From the NCBI RefSeq assembly GCF_001194135.2, contig NC_068987.1, positions 8,683,409 to 8,747,408 on the forward strand: a DNA stretch of 64,000 nucleotides, given 5' to 3'. A program made the position numbers and the translations under genes. The stretch is from Octopus bimaculoides. Its lineage: Eukaryota. The notes under the pieces are model-generated. The model saw nothing but the letters and a program-made list of their open reading frames with translations, did no database searches and was not told the origin of the DNA. This document shows, piece by piece, positions 50,081-62,363 of the stretch; the first letter of the stretch is position 1; each line of letters opens with the position of its first letter.

Positions 50081-51448
50081 GCTTCCAGTTTCCATCTATC
50101 AAATTCACTCACAAGGCTACAGTAGAAAACACTTGCCCAAAGTGTTATGCAGTGGAACTGAACCTGAAACTGCTTTGGGGCAAAGCAAGCTTCTTAACCA
50201 CACAGCCATGGCTGCATCTATGAAATATCAAAGTCTTATTGAACAAGAAACAAAAATATGATGCTGGGAAAATGATTTTAAAAAATCTCAGAAAACCAAA
50301 TAGTTTTGTTGTAATATTGTTTATGCATATTATAGGTAATAAACAAAACATTTAAATAGTGGTGGGGGGGGGGATAACAGGTATTCACAAGAGTAAACTA
50401 GCAGTTAGTTCTTCATTAGATGCTTGTTCGTTATGCCACATTGACCACTCAATTTAGGTGACTTTTAAACCAACAAAATGAAAGAAGTGTTAAGTCATAG
50501 AATTCTTATTTCTTAAATTTTTAGCATGTATGTGAGGGTGGGATTGGGGGTGGAGAGTATGTATGTAATATAATATTGTCACAAAATCATTACAAAATGA
50601 TTTACAGTTGAGTAAGTTGAAAAAGAATGGAAAATGTTTTTGAAATATTGTGTGTAAAGTATAAAGAATTGAAGAGCTTGAAAAGATCAATAGCATTTCT
50701 ATATCCGCCAATAAAGTGAATTCATTTGAAACAAAGCTAGCACAGAAATTTATTATTTTTGAAATAAAACATCTTTGAATAAACCAAAGTTAATTTCTAT
50801 TGTAAAAGTCAACAGCTTTTCAAAATCTTTAATAATATTTTACAAAGATTTATGAGAACAATAAGCTTTTACAACCATGGATAAATAATCTAGAAAATAT
50901 GTTTGTTTTATTAAGATACAGATTATATTTATCAAACTGAGAATAATACAAATATCTCACACAAAGTATAAACTAAAACTGCCACTGTCATCATTGTCAT
51001 CATCATCATCATCATCAGAGTTTTATGTCCGCTTTTCCTGGACAGTTTTTTGGTAGCAGTAATTTACAGACAGATACCCTTCTTGTGGTCAACACTTTTA
51101 GTCACTTCTTATAACATGCCAGTAAAGTTATTCCACTACTGGGATACACACAGAAGCAAAGTATGGCTATGAAAATAGATGGGTTCTCCCACCCTCTCCG
51201 AAATTGTAATTGATGAACTAGACAGGTTCCGAATGCTGATTTGTTTAATTCTTATTTCTAACTAAAAGTATCAATGTTTAAATGACACAATAATATACCA
51301 TGGCTCAAATTTATCCTAAAATTAGAGTAAGAAATAAGAAACCATTTTAAAGCATCTTTTCCTTGAAATACATTAGTAAAGACTGTCTTTTGAATTATCC
51401 TAACAACTTTTGGTAAGAACCAAAATAAAACCTCCTATAGTCACCAAT

Positions 51449-51900
51449 TTAACCCTTTCAAGACTGTTTCCAGTTTCTATGATACAAAACTCTATTTTTG
51501 TGTGTTTTTATTTGAATTAAAACCCCACCATCTTAATTTTATGAAAGAACTTTTATTAAGTATTTTCCAATTTTCACACAAGGCCAGCAATTTTAAGGTA
51601 AGGAAATAATTGATTACATCAACCCCAGTCTTCAACTAATATTGATTTTATTGAACCCAGAAGAATAAAAAGCAAAGTTGACCTTGGCTGTATTTGAGCT
51701 CAGAGCGTAAAAATCCGGAATGAATGCTGCAAAATATTTTGGCCAATGTATTAACAATTCTGCAAGCTCACCACCTTAAAACACCAGATTATCAAAAAGT
51801 TTTTTTTTTTTAATTATATAACTAGATCCCTCCAAATTCTTGATTGTTCCAAAATTAATTGAAAGACATAAGCAGTGTATTATTTTATTAGAAAAGAAAA
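51449..51900 (+). mobile_element. piggyBac-type MITE, family 1, interrupted by a SINE (51560-51778)
   Basis: TTAAccctttcaagac start; family body resumes near 51830 (ccaaattcttgattgttccaaaattaattgaaag). Confidence 0.5.
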
Positions 51901-54494
51901 GTTCACATAATTCAATGGTTTATAGGTATTAATTTTCTATCTGAGCTGCAAAAAAAACTCTGTTGAATATATCAAAACAGAGAAATCCAACATCATGTCA
52001 TCTTGTGTTATAACAGTTATATTAATTTTAGCTAAAAAATAATGTTTACACTGAAAAAATACTAAAATGTCTAGGTTGATAACTTAAGAAAACAGACCAA
52101 ATACAACTCAATGAAAAAAGTTCTTAGTTTTTACATGAATACTTGAGTTTTAATATACCCCATGCTTTTATTAAATTTATAATGATTATATTTATAATGA
52201 TTAAATTTATAATGATTATATTTTTGCATATTTTTTTTGTGTGGTCGATACAATTTTCTGAAATTGCTTTCTTCCAGTTGCCATAACTTTTGTTATTTCT
52301 TCAGTTAGATTCATTTCGCTTGTGTTATCACTTCAGTCTGTAGTTACAACAAGTCTGTTTTACCAGAATTGGTTGTTAATATCAAATCATAGCCATTCTC
52401 TCAATCAAAATCTAATTCCCTCAGATCATGGAACCTTCAGGCTTACCTTATGTATCTATATTATACAAATCTCATTGTTGCAAATTTCAATCTTCAATGC
52501 CCACAAGATGTTTTCTAGAGATGTATGTATGTATATACATATATCTATCTATCTATTTATCGATCTATCAATCTACCTACATATGCGTACACACACACAC
52601 ACACACTCATTGTGCTTAAACAAAAGCAGAAAACTGATTACATTCCTTTCGACGGTGCCCTGTCTTGTAACAAATATGAAACATCCATTCTAATCATACT
52701 TACTCTGATTAATTTTTGTACTTGATTATATCTTTATTTTATCTTCATACTTTACAATTGTATATGTTAATTATAATATAAATAAATCATTCTATACCAG
52801 TCGTAAATAAAGTCTTTGTTGAGTTACAATAGCTAATACAGTAACTGAGAAAACCTTAACACTATCTATTCTTATATTTGAACTGAAAATCACAGCAGTA
52901 AAGGAAATATTGTCATAAACTAATGATAAAACTTTGTTGTGATTGATAGTGCTGGCTTGCGAAACTTTTTTCTGTACGTCATTAATATAATGTTATTTAT
53001 TGCTACCTAGCATAATGTGTTTGTTATTTGTGCTAGGAGCTAGATCCAGCCTTAAAACATTTATGTCATATATAATATTATTTCATATCTTATCAGATCA
53101 CTTCTTGAACTGAAGATGACAATGATGATGTTGATTATGATAATATCAAAATAACTTCAAAGTTCATTTTTATATTATTTTAATCAATCAAGAATCAATC
53201 AATAATGATTGATATGAATGAAAAAAAAATATCAAAAAAGGATAAAGAGAAAACCATATGTCTCCAAATCTAATTAAATCAAATGGTTCTGGAAAATACT
53301 TTAAGTTTTGGGAATAGGTTTGGCTAAATAAAATGAAAAAAAAAAACCTTTTATAAACAATAAATACCAATCAGCATTATTAATTACCACCAACTAGATT
53401 GAAAACAAATGAGTGTAACTATTCCATTTATATTCTAGCCTACTTGCTTTTCAGTTTTGTTTTTGCATCTATTTTAATATATCCAATATACTAAGAGATA
53501 AGTCCTGTTGTTGTCGTGTCTGCCAACTACACTACTTGAGGTCTTGGTGTACCCCCCCCCCACACACACACACACATTTGTTGGAGTAGCTGTAGTCTAT
53601 TGAACAGAATATGGTAAATATTTCCTGCAGAGTAATGGAGGGATAAAAGATAAAATGAAATGTTGAAGCTAACAGGTAGGATTTGAACTCAGTCATCAAT
53701 CAATGAAATTAATCACTGCTCAGCACACTTACCATCTGTGCCACCCTTACAAACCAGATAATATCCCAATGAATCCTATTACAATAATAATAATAATAAC
53801 GGTTTCAAATATAGGCACAAGGCTAGTAATTTTAAGGGGCTGAGGCTTGTTGCATGTTTATATATTTTATGATTTAAGTTTGCATATTTCCAAAATAACT
53901 AAGGATTGAAATTTTAAACAAAGTTTCATATTATACGGTAGAGAGGATTAATAAAGTTAGTTGATTAGTTATCATTAATCATGATCCTGCAACATCTTGC
54001 AAGAAGCAAACCAATTCTATAAATGTCTTCCCAGTGCAGCAAAGTGAGTTTGTTAGTAAAAATATTAAGACAGAAGTAAAGAGAATGATAAACACTTTAC
54101 AAAATAGCAAGATGGACTTCAAATTAGATTATGCATTTTGGAAACTGTTTTATAGCCACTGTTCATAATAGGTATTGTTAGATTGCTTTATAAAAAATTC
54201 CAATGTTAATTAGTTTGACAGTCAAATAACTTTTCTAACACAGAACAGTCAATTAATTATAAGGTAGGAATGCTAAATATTTTTTGGCTGAATAGGTTGA
54301 GGTAGTAAGGGGTAATGTGACTTAATGCCTAACAACACAACACCAGATCAGTGAGGGCTGAAACCCATCAGCTAGTAATTCAGCAAATATATGTGTCTGT
54401 GAATAAGATTAGGTCCTTAGAAGAATTAAAATTCTTTAATTATAAGCCCTAAACTTTCATATAAAAATGCAGGATCAATTCTATTCTATCCCAT

Positions 54495-54730
54495 CCTTAC
54501 AGTGAGGTGTTGTCTCATGAGTTATTTAGTGACCTCACTGATATTGATGCTACATAAAAAAAAATACCCAATACACTCTGTAAAGTAGTTGGCATTAGAA
54601 AGGGCACCCAACTGTAGAAACCATGTCAAAGCAAAGATTGGAGCTTAGTACAGTTCTATGGCTCACTGGTTCCTGCCGAACCATCCAACCCATGCCAGAA
54701 TGGAAAATGAACATTAAATCATGATGATGA
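54495..54730 (+). mobile_element. SINE family C (diverged); a similar fragment lies at ~20985-21160
   Basis: ggcattagaaagggcaccc...aacccatgccagaatggaaaatgaacattaaatcatgatgatga. Confidence 0.7.
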
Positions 54731-54877
54731 ATAATTAACATGGTCTCTAAAAGGTTTATTATACAAAATATTCAATAATATCAATAACAAAGGAACTAGT
54801 TTACAACAAACGAAATAAATATACCAAATTTGAATTTTACAGAGCAATCTAACCCCTTTGTAAAGACCTTTATTTTC

Positions 54878-54913
54878 TTTGCAAGATGAAAGGCTTGGCC
54901 TAAAATGTCAGGA
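54878..54913 (+). ncRNA. Possible decayed minimal type-I hammerhead ribozyme (Penelope-like relic), probably inactive
   Basis: gcaagatga-aggc-ttg-gcct-aaaatgtc-agg versus the consensus CUGANGA-stem II-GAAACGUC; stem II intact, core mutated. Confidence 0.25.
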
Positions 54914-55006
54914 TCCAGACTTATCCAGATTTGCGAATTTCACTAAATTTTTGTTAATGGCAGAGCAACTCATCCAAATGTTCACACGTTGCTAAATTTT
55001 TGTCAA

Positions 55007-55375
55007 GGTGCAAGAATAGCAGTGCAGTAAGAAGTTTGCTTCCCAACTACATGGTTCTGGGTTCAATCCCAATGTGTGGCCCCTTGGGCAAGTGTCTTCT
55101 ACTATAGCCTCAGGCTGACCAAATACTTGTGAGTGGATCTAGTAGACAGAAACTAAAAGAAGTCTGTCATGCGTGTGTGTGTGTGTGTGTGTGTATACTT
55201 GTCCCCCACCACTGTTTGGCAACCGGTGTTGTTTTGGTTATATCCCTCTAACTTAACAGTTCAACAAAAGTACCTGGCTTTAAAAGAAAAAATGGTATTG
55301 GGGTCAATTTACTTTACTAAAAGCTCTTCAAGGCATGGCTGCAATCTAATAACTGAAACAATTAAAACATAAAAG
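55007..55375 (+). mobile_element. SINE family A
   Basis: Homology to 8807-9186. Confidence 0.8.
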
Positions 55376-56132
55376 TTGGCGGCCATTAGTTTCCTTCTAA
55401 AATCATATAATTTTAGCACAGCATAATTAACATATCTTTCAAACATATGTAAAAGACACACACACACACACACACACAATCACTTCAGCATACTCATCCA
55501 TGGTTTTACACACAGATACACACACACACACAAGCATAAAATATATTTAGGTGTAACAATGATAACATTGAATAAAGTTTGTATAATAATTAGTTCAATA
55601 ACCATACATGAGTCTAACGAGGTTCTTTTGGAAGACAAATTAAAAAAGAGAAATATAATGGAAGATCATACAGAGAAAGGAAAAAGAAGTGAAAAGATTT
55701 TCCATTTGATTAAAAACAGGCATCATTTCCAATTGTCCAGAAAAATTGAATGGATATTGCTACGGCTGAGTGAGCAAGACGTAACTCCAGAACTGTGATA
55801 ATAACATCGGTTCCGGTTTGAAGCAGTGTCCATTATACAGACATTTCCGAGAAGTGCAAATGAAATGCTAAAAAAACTAAAAACAAAATTATTTAATCAG
55901 TAACAGAAGTATTCTCAGCACTTCTCCATTGTGCACAGTCTCGTCTGCTAGTCTCAGTTTACAATGTATACTGGTCAAGCTGATTGTAAAAGACATTTGA
56001 CCATAATATCAACATAGAAATTGAACTCAGAACAATGTGGCTGCCATACAAAATTTTTAGCTTCACAGCCACGCTTGAAGCCAGCCTTAACTAACCTGTC
56101 CACAAATACATCTTGTGTTCCTTTAAATCTCT

Positions 56133-56355
56133 TTAACCTATCAACATTCAGATTGCTCTGTCAAATATAATGCTTGTTTATTCACTTTTAAAAAATTAAT
56201 CATGTATTATCTTGTAGCTTAGAGATTTCGAAGATGTGATTGTTTATTCTTAGAATGACATTGGAGGGTAGGTGTGAGATGCTGGATCAGGCTAGTCTGA
56301 AGAATATGTAGAATATTTGAGCTAGGTATGGCTGGTTTAAATGCTAAAGGCTTAA
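56133..56355 (+). mobile_element. piggyBac-type MITE, family 2
   Basis: TTAAcctatcaacattcag ... aatgctaaaggcTTAA. Confidence 0.75.
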
Positions 56356-57140
56356 GGGGTGAATGTGGTATAGGCTAAAAGAGACATCATCAGTAAAAAC
56401 AACATTTTTAGTACTTATATTACTAAATATTTTTAGTACTTACAGTACTAAAATACACTTATATTTCACTTCAAGAGCAAGTCATCGTAGAATTCTCTTT
56501 TAAAGATACCCTAAATCATGTGTTGTACTAAAAGTCAATTCTAGGTACTTGAAAACCTGGACATTGACTCATAAACATATTTAAAGAATTATACAGTTAA
56601 CTGCTTTTTCAAAATTGGTTAACTTGCAAATATAAACCAAATCAGGAACAGTTAATTAATTTTTTTTTTAATGGTTTCTGTGAAAAGAAGTTTCTGAAAT
56701 ACATATAAAACAAATTTGTTGGGGGGGGGCACAACAGTATTTGCTCTACTTATTTTAGGATACAAGTTTTAGAATGCATTTATTTACTGACATAAATATC
56801 CAATGTGTCATAAACATCATCTTCAAGTTCAAGGTGAAAAAGTGCTTTTAAAACACAATGTTAAAAGAGGCAGATTATAGAAATTTACATATAACCTGTA
56901 ATTTTTTTTCCATTTCAAGGTTATTATGATTGATATACCTGAAATGTAAAATACACTTGAATTACACTGGATTCACTGGATTACACTTTGAGAGCTTATA
57001 GTGAATTTTGATACTTTTGTGTTTGGATGTGTGCAATATATATGCATATATCACCATCATAATTATCAGGTCAGTTCTTCTTATTTTGGAATAACTATCC
57101 TCCAAAATGAGTTAGATTACATATCACTTGCACAACTAAT

Positions 57141-57344
57141 TTAACCCTTCTGGTACCAAACTGCCAAATTCTATGATGAAATCTTCCTCTTTTATCTTAA
57201 AATTTTGCATCAAAACTTCACATTATGTTCCAAACATTAGCTTAAATAAAGACAAAGTTATTTTGATAAATTCTTCATTATTTTCGCAATTAATTAAAAT
57301 GATAGCAGCATATTTGAACAGAAATAAAGTGCCAAAAGGGTTAA
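57141..57344 (+). mobile_element. piggyBac-type MITE, family 1 (diverged)
   Basis: TTAA-cccttctggtac ... gtgccaaaaggg-TTAA. Confidence 0.75.
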
Positions 57345-58176
57345 ATACAATGCTTAAGAAGCTCTTAAGACACTGAAGTTATAACAGAAAACTAAATCCC
57401 TAAAACTTAAATTGTTAACTATCAAGATCTTGCTAGTTTTTAAACACACACCCAACTTTTTTTTTTTTTTCGATTTCTAAGCATTTTTTTATAGACATAT
57501 TTTTTTAGTATGCCCAGCTAAGTGAATAAAAGTGCTCAACTGGTACTTTATCGACTGACCCTAAAGGGATGAAAAGCAAAGCCAACCAACCTCAGCAAAA
57601 TTTGAACTCAGAATGTAAAGACAGGCACAATGCATCTGAGCATTTTGTCCAGTGTGCAAATGATTCTGCCAGCTTGCTACCTTCTAAAAACATAGTGCAT
57701 TTTGCTAGTATGCCTAGCTAAGTGGACAAATATTAAGAGGATATATATTGTTATAAATATTGGATATGGTGTATGAAGTGTAGTGACAGTGAATATGGTG
57801 AACTACTGGTAACATATGGTTAGTCGTTTGAAGTTTTCTTTGACCACTATGTTATACAAGGTATAAAATTCAATTTGTTTCAGTCTGCAAAATCTATTCA
57901 ATTACTATTTCACACTTCAGTGACTAGAGGTAGAAACAAGAATTCCAGATGGAGGAGCGAATAAGGAACCCTTTCTCCAAAAATATGAGAACCTAAATCT
58001 ACTATGAAGCTACTAACAAAAAAAATAAATAAATAAATAAATAAATAAAAAAGAGGAAAGGAAAACAGCTCTCAAAAATAATGTGTCAAAGTGTGATATC
58101 AACAACATATTTATTTATGTATGGATCCAATATCCATACATAAATAAAAGAAGTTTCTCATCTTTTTCTTTTTTTT

Positions 58177-58525
58177 CTCTTTTACTGGTTTCAATCATTG
58201 GATAGTGGCCATGCTGGAGCCCTGCCTTGAAGGGTTCTAGTCAAACAAATCACTCCAGTTCGCATTTTTTTAAAGCATGGACTTATTCTATTGGTGTCTT
58301 CGGCTGAACTGCTTAGTCATGGGGATGTAAACAAACTGACAGTGACTGTGAAACAGTGGTGGATACAAACATGAAGACACGTGTATATGTACATGTGTGA
58401 AGAGCTTGACCAAATTAACTTATAGGACATTAGTTGGCCTGGGCTATAGTGGAAGACAGCAGGACTGAACCTGAAACCACATGGTGGCAAAGCATGCTTC
58501 TTAATCACACAGCCATGTCTGCGCC
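58177..58525 (-). mobile_element. SINE family A
   Basis: Reverse-complement homology to 8807-9186. Confidence 0.78.
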
Positions 58526-58562
58526 TATAAATTTTATTAATATTATTTTTTGCCGTTTCTCA

Positions 58563-58593
<31 letters not shown>

Positions 58594-58662
58594 GTCTATT
58601 TTCAGTTAAAGTAAAAAATCAACAGTCAAATATGCCATAGAAGATATAAGGATTGACTTGAT

Positions 58663-58881
58663 TTAACTCTTTCATTTCCAAATTTCCGTTGCAATACACT
58701 GCTTTCCTTTCAATTACTTTTAAAAATAATGAAAATCTCAGAGCAAAATATCTTCATCATTATTAAGTTGGTGTCTGGAACATAATTCAACAGGAAATTT
58801 TGATGAAAATCATTTTAAACAGGAAGTTTAAGTCATACAGCCAAGTAGCAGTCTTAGGTGGGGCAGTATCAAAAGGGTTAA
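58663..58881 (-). mobile_element. piggyBac-type MITE, family 1 (diverged)
   Basis: TTAA-ctctttcatttc ... gtatcaaaaggg-TTAA. Confidence 0.72.
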
Positions 58882-59408
58882 GCTGCAATCTCCTCGTTAA
58901 TATAGAAGTGTTCCTATTTTGTAATTATATTCTAACACAACAGAGGATGCATGCATGTGTGTGTGTGTGTGTGTGTGTGTCTTGAGTGATCCAGTTCTTC
59001 AGTTCTTCAATACTTAAGTTGCTAAAGTGATAGCGGAAAAGATGAACAGAGTATTCTTAATTATTCTTTTCTTTCCATCTGGGATGACTTAAACAGCTGA
59101 AGACTAGAACGAATATTTTCAGACATCAGATATGCTGCGATACCACATAGTTCAAATCCAAACCTATTTGACAGAGCTTTATACGTCCAACAATAACTGA
59201 ATATGTACCAGGCACACAATAGAAGAGGAAATACACATTAATGCATAAAACACACACAAACACACAGTGTGGGTGTGTGTTTGTGTGTAATAAATGAATA
59301 AGAATAAAGACATCTTCAGTTTTATTTAGTTATCATTATTATTAATAATGATTTAAAAAAATGAAAAAAAAAGAAAAAAAAGATTTGAAAGAAAAAAAAA
59401 AGAAAATA

Positions 59409-59814
59409 GGTGCAGGAGTGGCTGTGTGGTAAGTAGCTTGCTTACCAACCAAATGGTTCTGGGTTCAGTCCCACTGCATGGCACCTTGGGCAAGTGTCTC
59501 CTACTATAGCCTCGGGCTGACCAAAGCCTTGTGAGTGGATTTGGTAGACGGAAGCTGAAAGAAGCCTGTCGTATATATGTGTATATATATATATAAATAT
59601 ATGTGTGTGTGTTTGTGTGTGTGTGTTTGTTCCCCCAACATCGCTTGACAACCGGTGCTGGTGTGTTTACGTCCCCGTAACATAGCGGTTCAGCAAAAGA
59701 GCCCAATAGAATAAGTACCAGGCCTTAAAAAAATAGTACATGAGTTAATTCCTTCAACTAAAAGTTCCTCAAGGCAGTACCTCAGCATGGCCACAGTCTA
59801 ATGGCTGAAACATA
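59409..59814 (+). mobile_element. SINE family A, young; the maT element sits in its TA-rich tail
   Basis: Near-identical to 8807-9186 over the head and body. Confidence 0.88.
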
Positions 59815-59816
59815 TA

Positions 59817-60692
59817 TAGGATGCAGTAAATAAGCTGTCATCTAAATTACACAAAAATGAAAACGACACTGACATTTCATTTTAACAGATATATTTACCA
59901 AAATTACATAAAAATATACTAAATATACTAAACAGTAAATTTATTCAATAAAATCACCATTGGCTTCAACTAAGGCCTCCAGAAGACTTCGGAATCTCCT
60001 GCAACTCTTCTGGACGGTCTCTTTGTTTAAAGCTGCCATGATTCTTGCATTCAGTTCATCTTTGGTGTTACAAGGAGTTTTGCTGGTCTCTCGCTCAACT
60101 GCACCCCACACATGATAATCAAGGGAGTTGCAGTCTGGGGAATTAGGTGGCCATATGTTAGGGGTGATGTGGTTGCAGAAGTTGGCTGACAGCCATGGCT
60201 GGGTTCTCTCGTTTGTGTGGCATGGTGCAAAGTCCTGTTGCCAGACATAGGGTCTTCCAGTAGCCACCCTCTTCACCCAGGGCAGTACTACCTCCTCCAG
60301 GCACTTGATGTTGGACTCCATGTTGAGTCTGAGGCTGTGTAGGGAGATGAATGGAAGCAATAACATCGCCATCATTAGTGATCACTCCAAACACCTGGAG
60401 TGATCACTATTTGAGAGTTGACTGGATGTTTGATCTTTATCACTCTCGGTACATGTCCTCAGACTGACATCCAAACACTCTGAAATGTTCCTATTGGAGC
60501 TTCCAGTGTGAATGCCAAGCAGTAAAGCATGTCATTTCCAAATTTCTGGCAGAGTGAATTACACCATGGTGCTGTTTTCCTCACAGACAGTGCTCAACTG
60601 ACCCTACTATACTGTGTAGTTGACAAAATCAAAAACAAACAATGTGCATGCACGAAATTAAAAATATAAAATGGCAACAATTTACCCATCGC

Positions 60693-60698
<6 letters not shown>
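59817..60698 (-). mobile_element. Internally deleted Tc1/mariner, DD37D (maT) type; transposase remnant 59941-60375
   Basis: VWQQDFAPCHT...WPPNSPDCNSLDYHVWG with 37 residues between the last two aspartates; imperfect TIRs (TA|tagg(a/g)tgc) flanked by TA at both ends; N-terminal part fragmentary. Confidence 0.88.
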
Positions 60699-60750
<52 letters not shown>

Positions 60751-61397
60751 CATACATATCACTGTGAATGCACTCTGGACTTTTGCTGTTTTTGTGGTTG
60801 AGTTCACAGTTTGTTATTGATTTGTCTATATAAACGTGTGTGAGTAAGAAAGCATGGCTCATGTTGCTTCCCTCCCTCCCTTCTTACTGCATCCATGGTT
60901 GACTAATTTTTGCCAATTAGTCTGGTAGTGTAGTGATGTTGTATTACAAGACTTTAATCTTACCACCCAGACCCAGGAGAGAAAGAAAGAAAAGTTTTAT
61001 CTTTTCCTTGTGATGCAGCTGAAATTCCAATTCTTGTCTACCATAAAGTTACCATACTGTTTTCTTCAATAACAAGAATTACATAGGTGGAATTAGAAAT
61101 GAGATATTTCCAGAAAATACCAAATATAATAAAATTAAAAATACAGGAACTTCATTAATTTGGCAATGATTCCTAAACATTTAACAGTCAATAATATCTG
61201 GTTTCCTTTTATAAACAGAATGAGGAAATTATCTATGTGTATACAACCATGTAATGAGTATGTGTGTAAATATGTTTCTATGGAAATAAAAAAGAAATAT
61301 ATATATATATATATACATATATATATACTTATTCCAATTAAATATATATGAATATATTATGCATGTGAGTGTATCAGTGCACACATATACACACATT

Positions 61398-61399
61398 AT

Positions 61400-61437
<38 letters not shown>

Positions 61438-61512
61438 GGATGGATGGATGAAGAAGAGATAGAGGGATAAATAGATACATATAGATAGATAGATAGATAG
61501 AGACAGACAGAT
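61398..61512. repeat. (GATA)n/(GATG)n/(GACA)n tetranucleotide repeat
   Basis: Seen directly. Confidence 0.95.
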
Positions 61513-61789
61513 AGAAAAACACTCTATATGTGTATGTATGTATAAATAGACAAAACACAGACACACACAGCAGACACAATGTGACAAATAAAACAAAACT
61601 AACAATGCACCGAAATTAAAGAATCTAAATTAACAGTCAGCCATGTTTATCAGTTTTGACAACTTCAGGTAAACTTTAATAAAATCAACATCTTAGACTA
61701 TAAAAGATTCAGTATTCATATATAATCATATTAGATTTGCACAAAATTTAAAGTTAAAAATAAATTGACAATATAAGCATATATACATG

Positions 61790-61810
61790 TGAGTGTATGT
61801 GTGTGTATGT

Positions 61811-61871
<61 letters not shown>
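61790..61871. repeat. (TG)n(TA)n microsatellite
   Basis: Seen directly. Confidence 0.95.
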
Positions 61872-61874
<3 letters not shown>

Positions 61875-62143
61875 ACAATATATCTTCAGGGGAGGATATG
61901 TGCCTCTGTAATAGAGAGAATGAGTGGGATGTAAGTTTTTTTTTTTTTTTGGTTAACCAACAGTTACAAGTAATTTAGGAAGCATCGACCTAAAAATCCA
62001 GATAACTCTCAAGAAAGGGGCAGGGGTGAAACAACTCCATCCTAGTTCCAAACAGAAACAAACAAAATAAAAACACAATAGCAACAAAGAGAGCTGTTAG
62101 TTGAATATACTAGAAAATATCATGGATAACAGAAATGTATGTT

Positions 62144-62196
<53 letters not shown>

Positions 62197-62273
62197 CAAT
62201 TTGTTCTGCTAAAATTTGATAGAAAGTATGACAGAGTTACAATGAGATTAGCAAAAATGAATAGGAATCTCAC

Positions 62274-62363
62274 CATTACTTCCTGGAGTTTGGATTCCCA
62301 CATACCCACAAATACACCAGTACTTGCCGGGCGAGGGTTTGCATTTGGATTCGGTCGAGACAT
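62274..62363 (-). CDS. Candidate alternative first coding exon of liprin-beta (30 aa, phase-0 donor); exon may begin at 62391
   Basis: CCTACAACA-ATG (A at -3), MSRPNPNANPRPASTGVFVGMWESKLQEVM, donor ATG|gtgaga, upstream acceptor-like aaattccag| at 62392, non-repetitive and locally CpG-containing. No transcript evidence available. Confidence 0.5.

Noticed and set aside
52165-52226. Short AT-rich tandem (tttataatgatta) and the small palindrome at ~56431-56453
   Set aside because: Low-complexity slippage products, common in AT-rich DNA.
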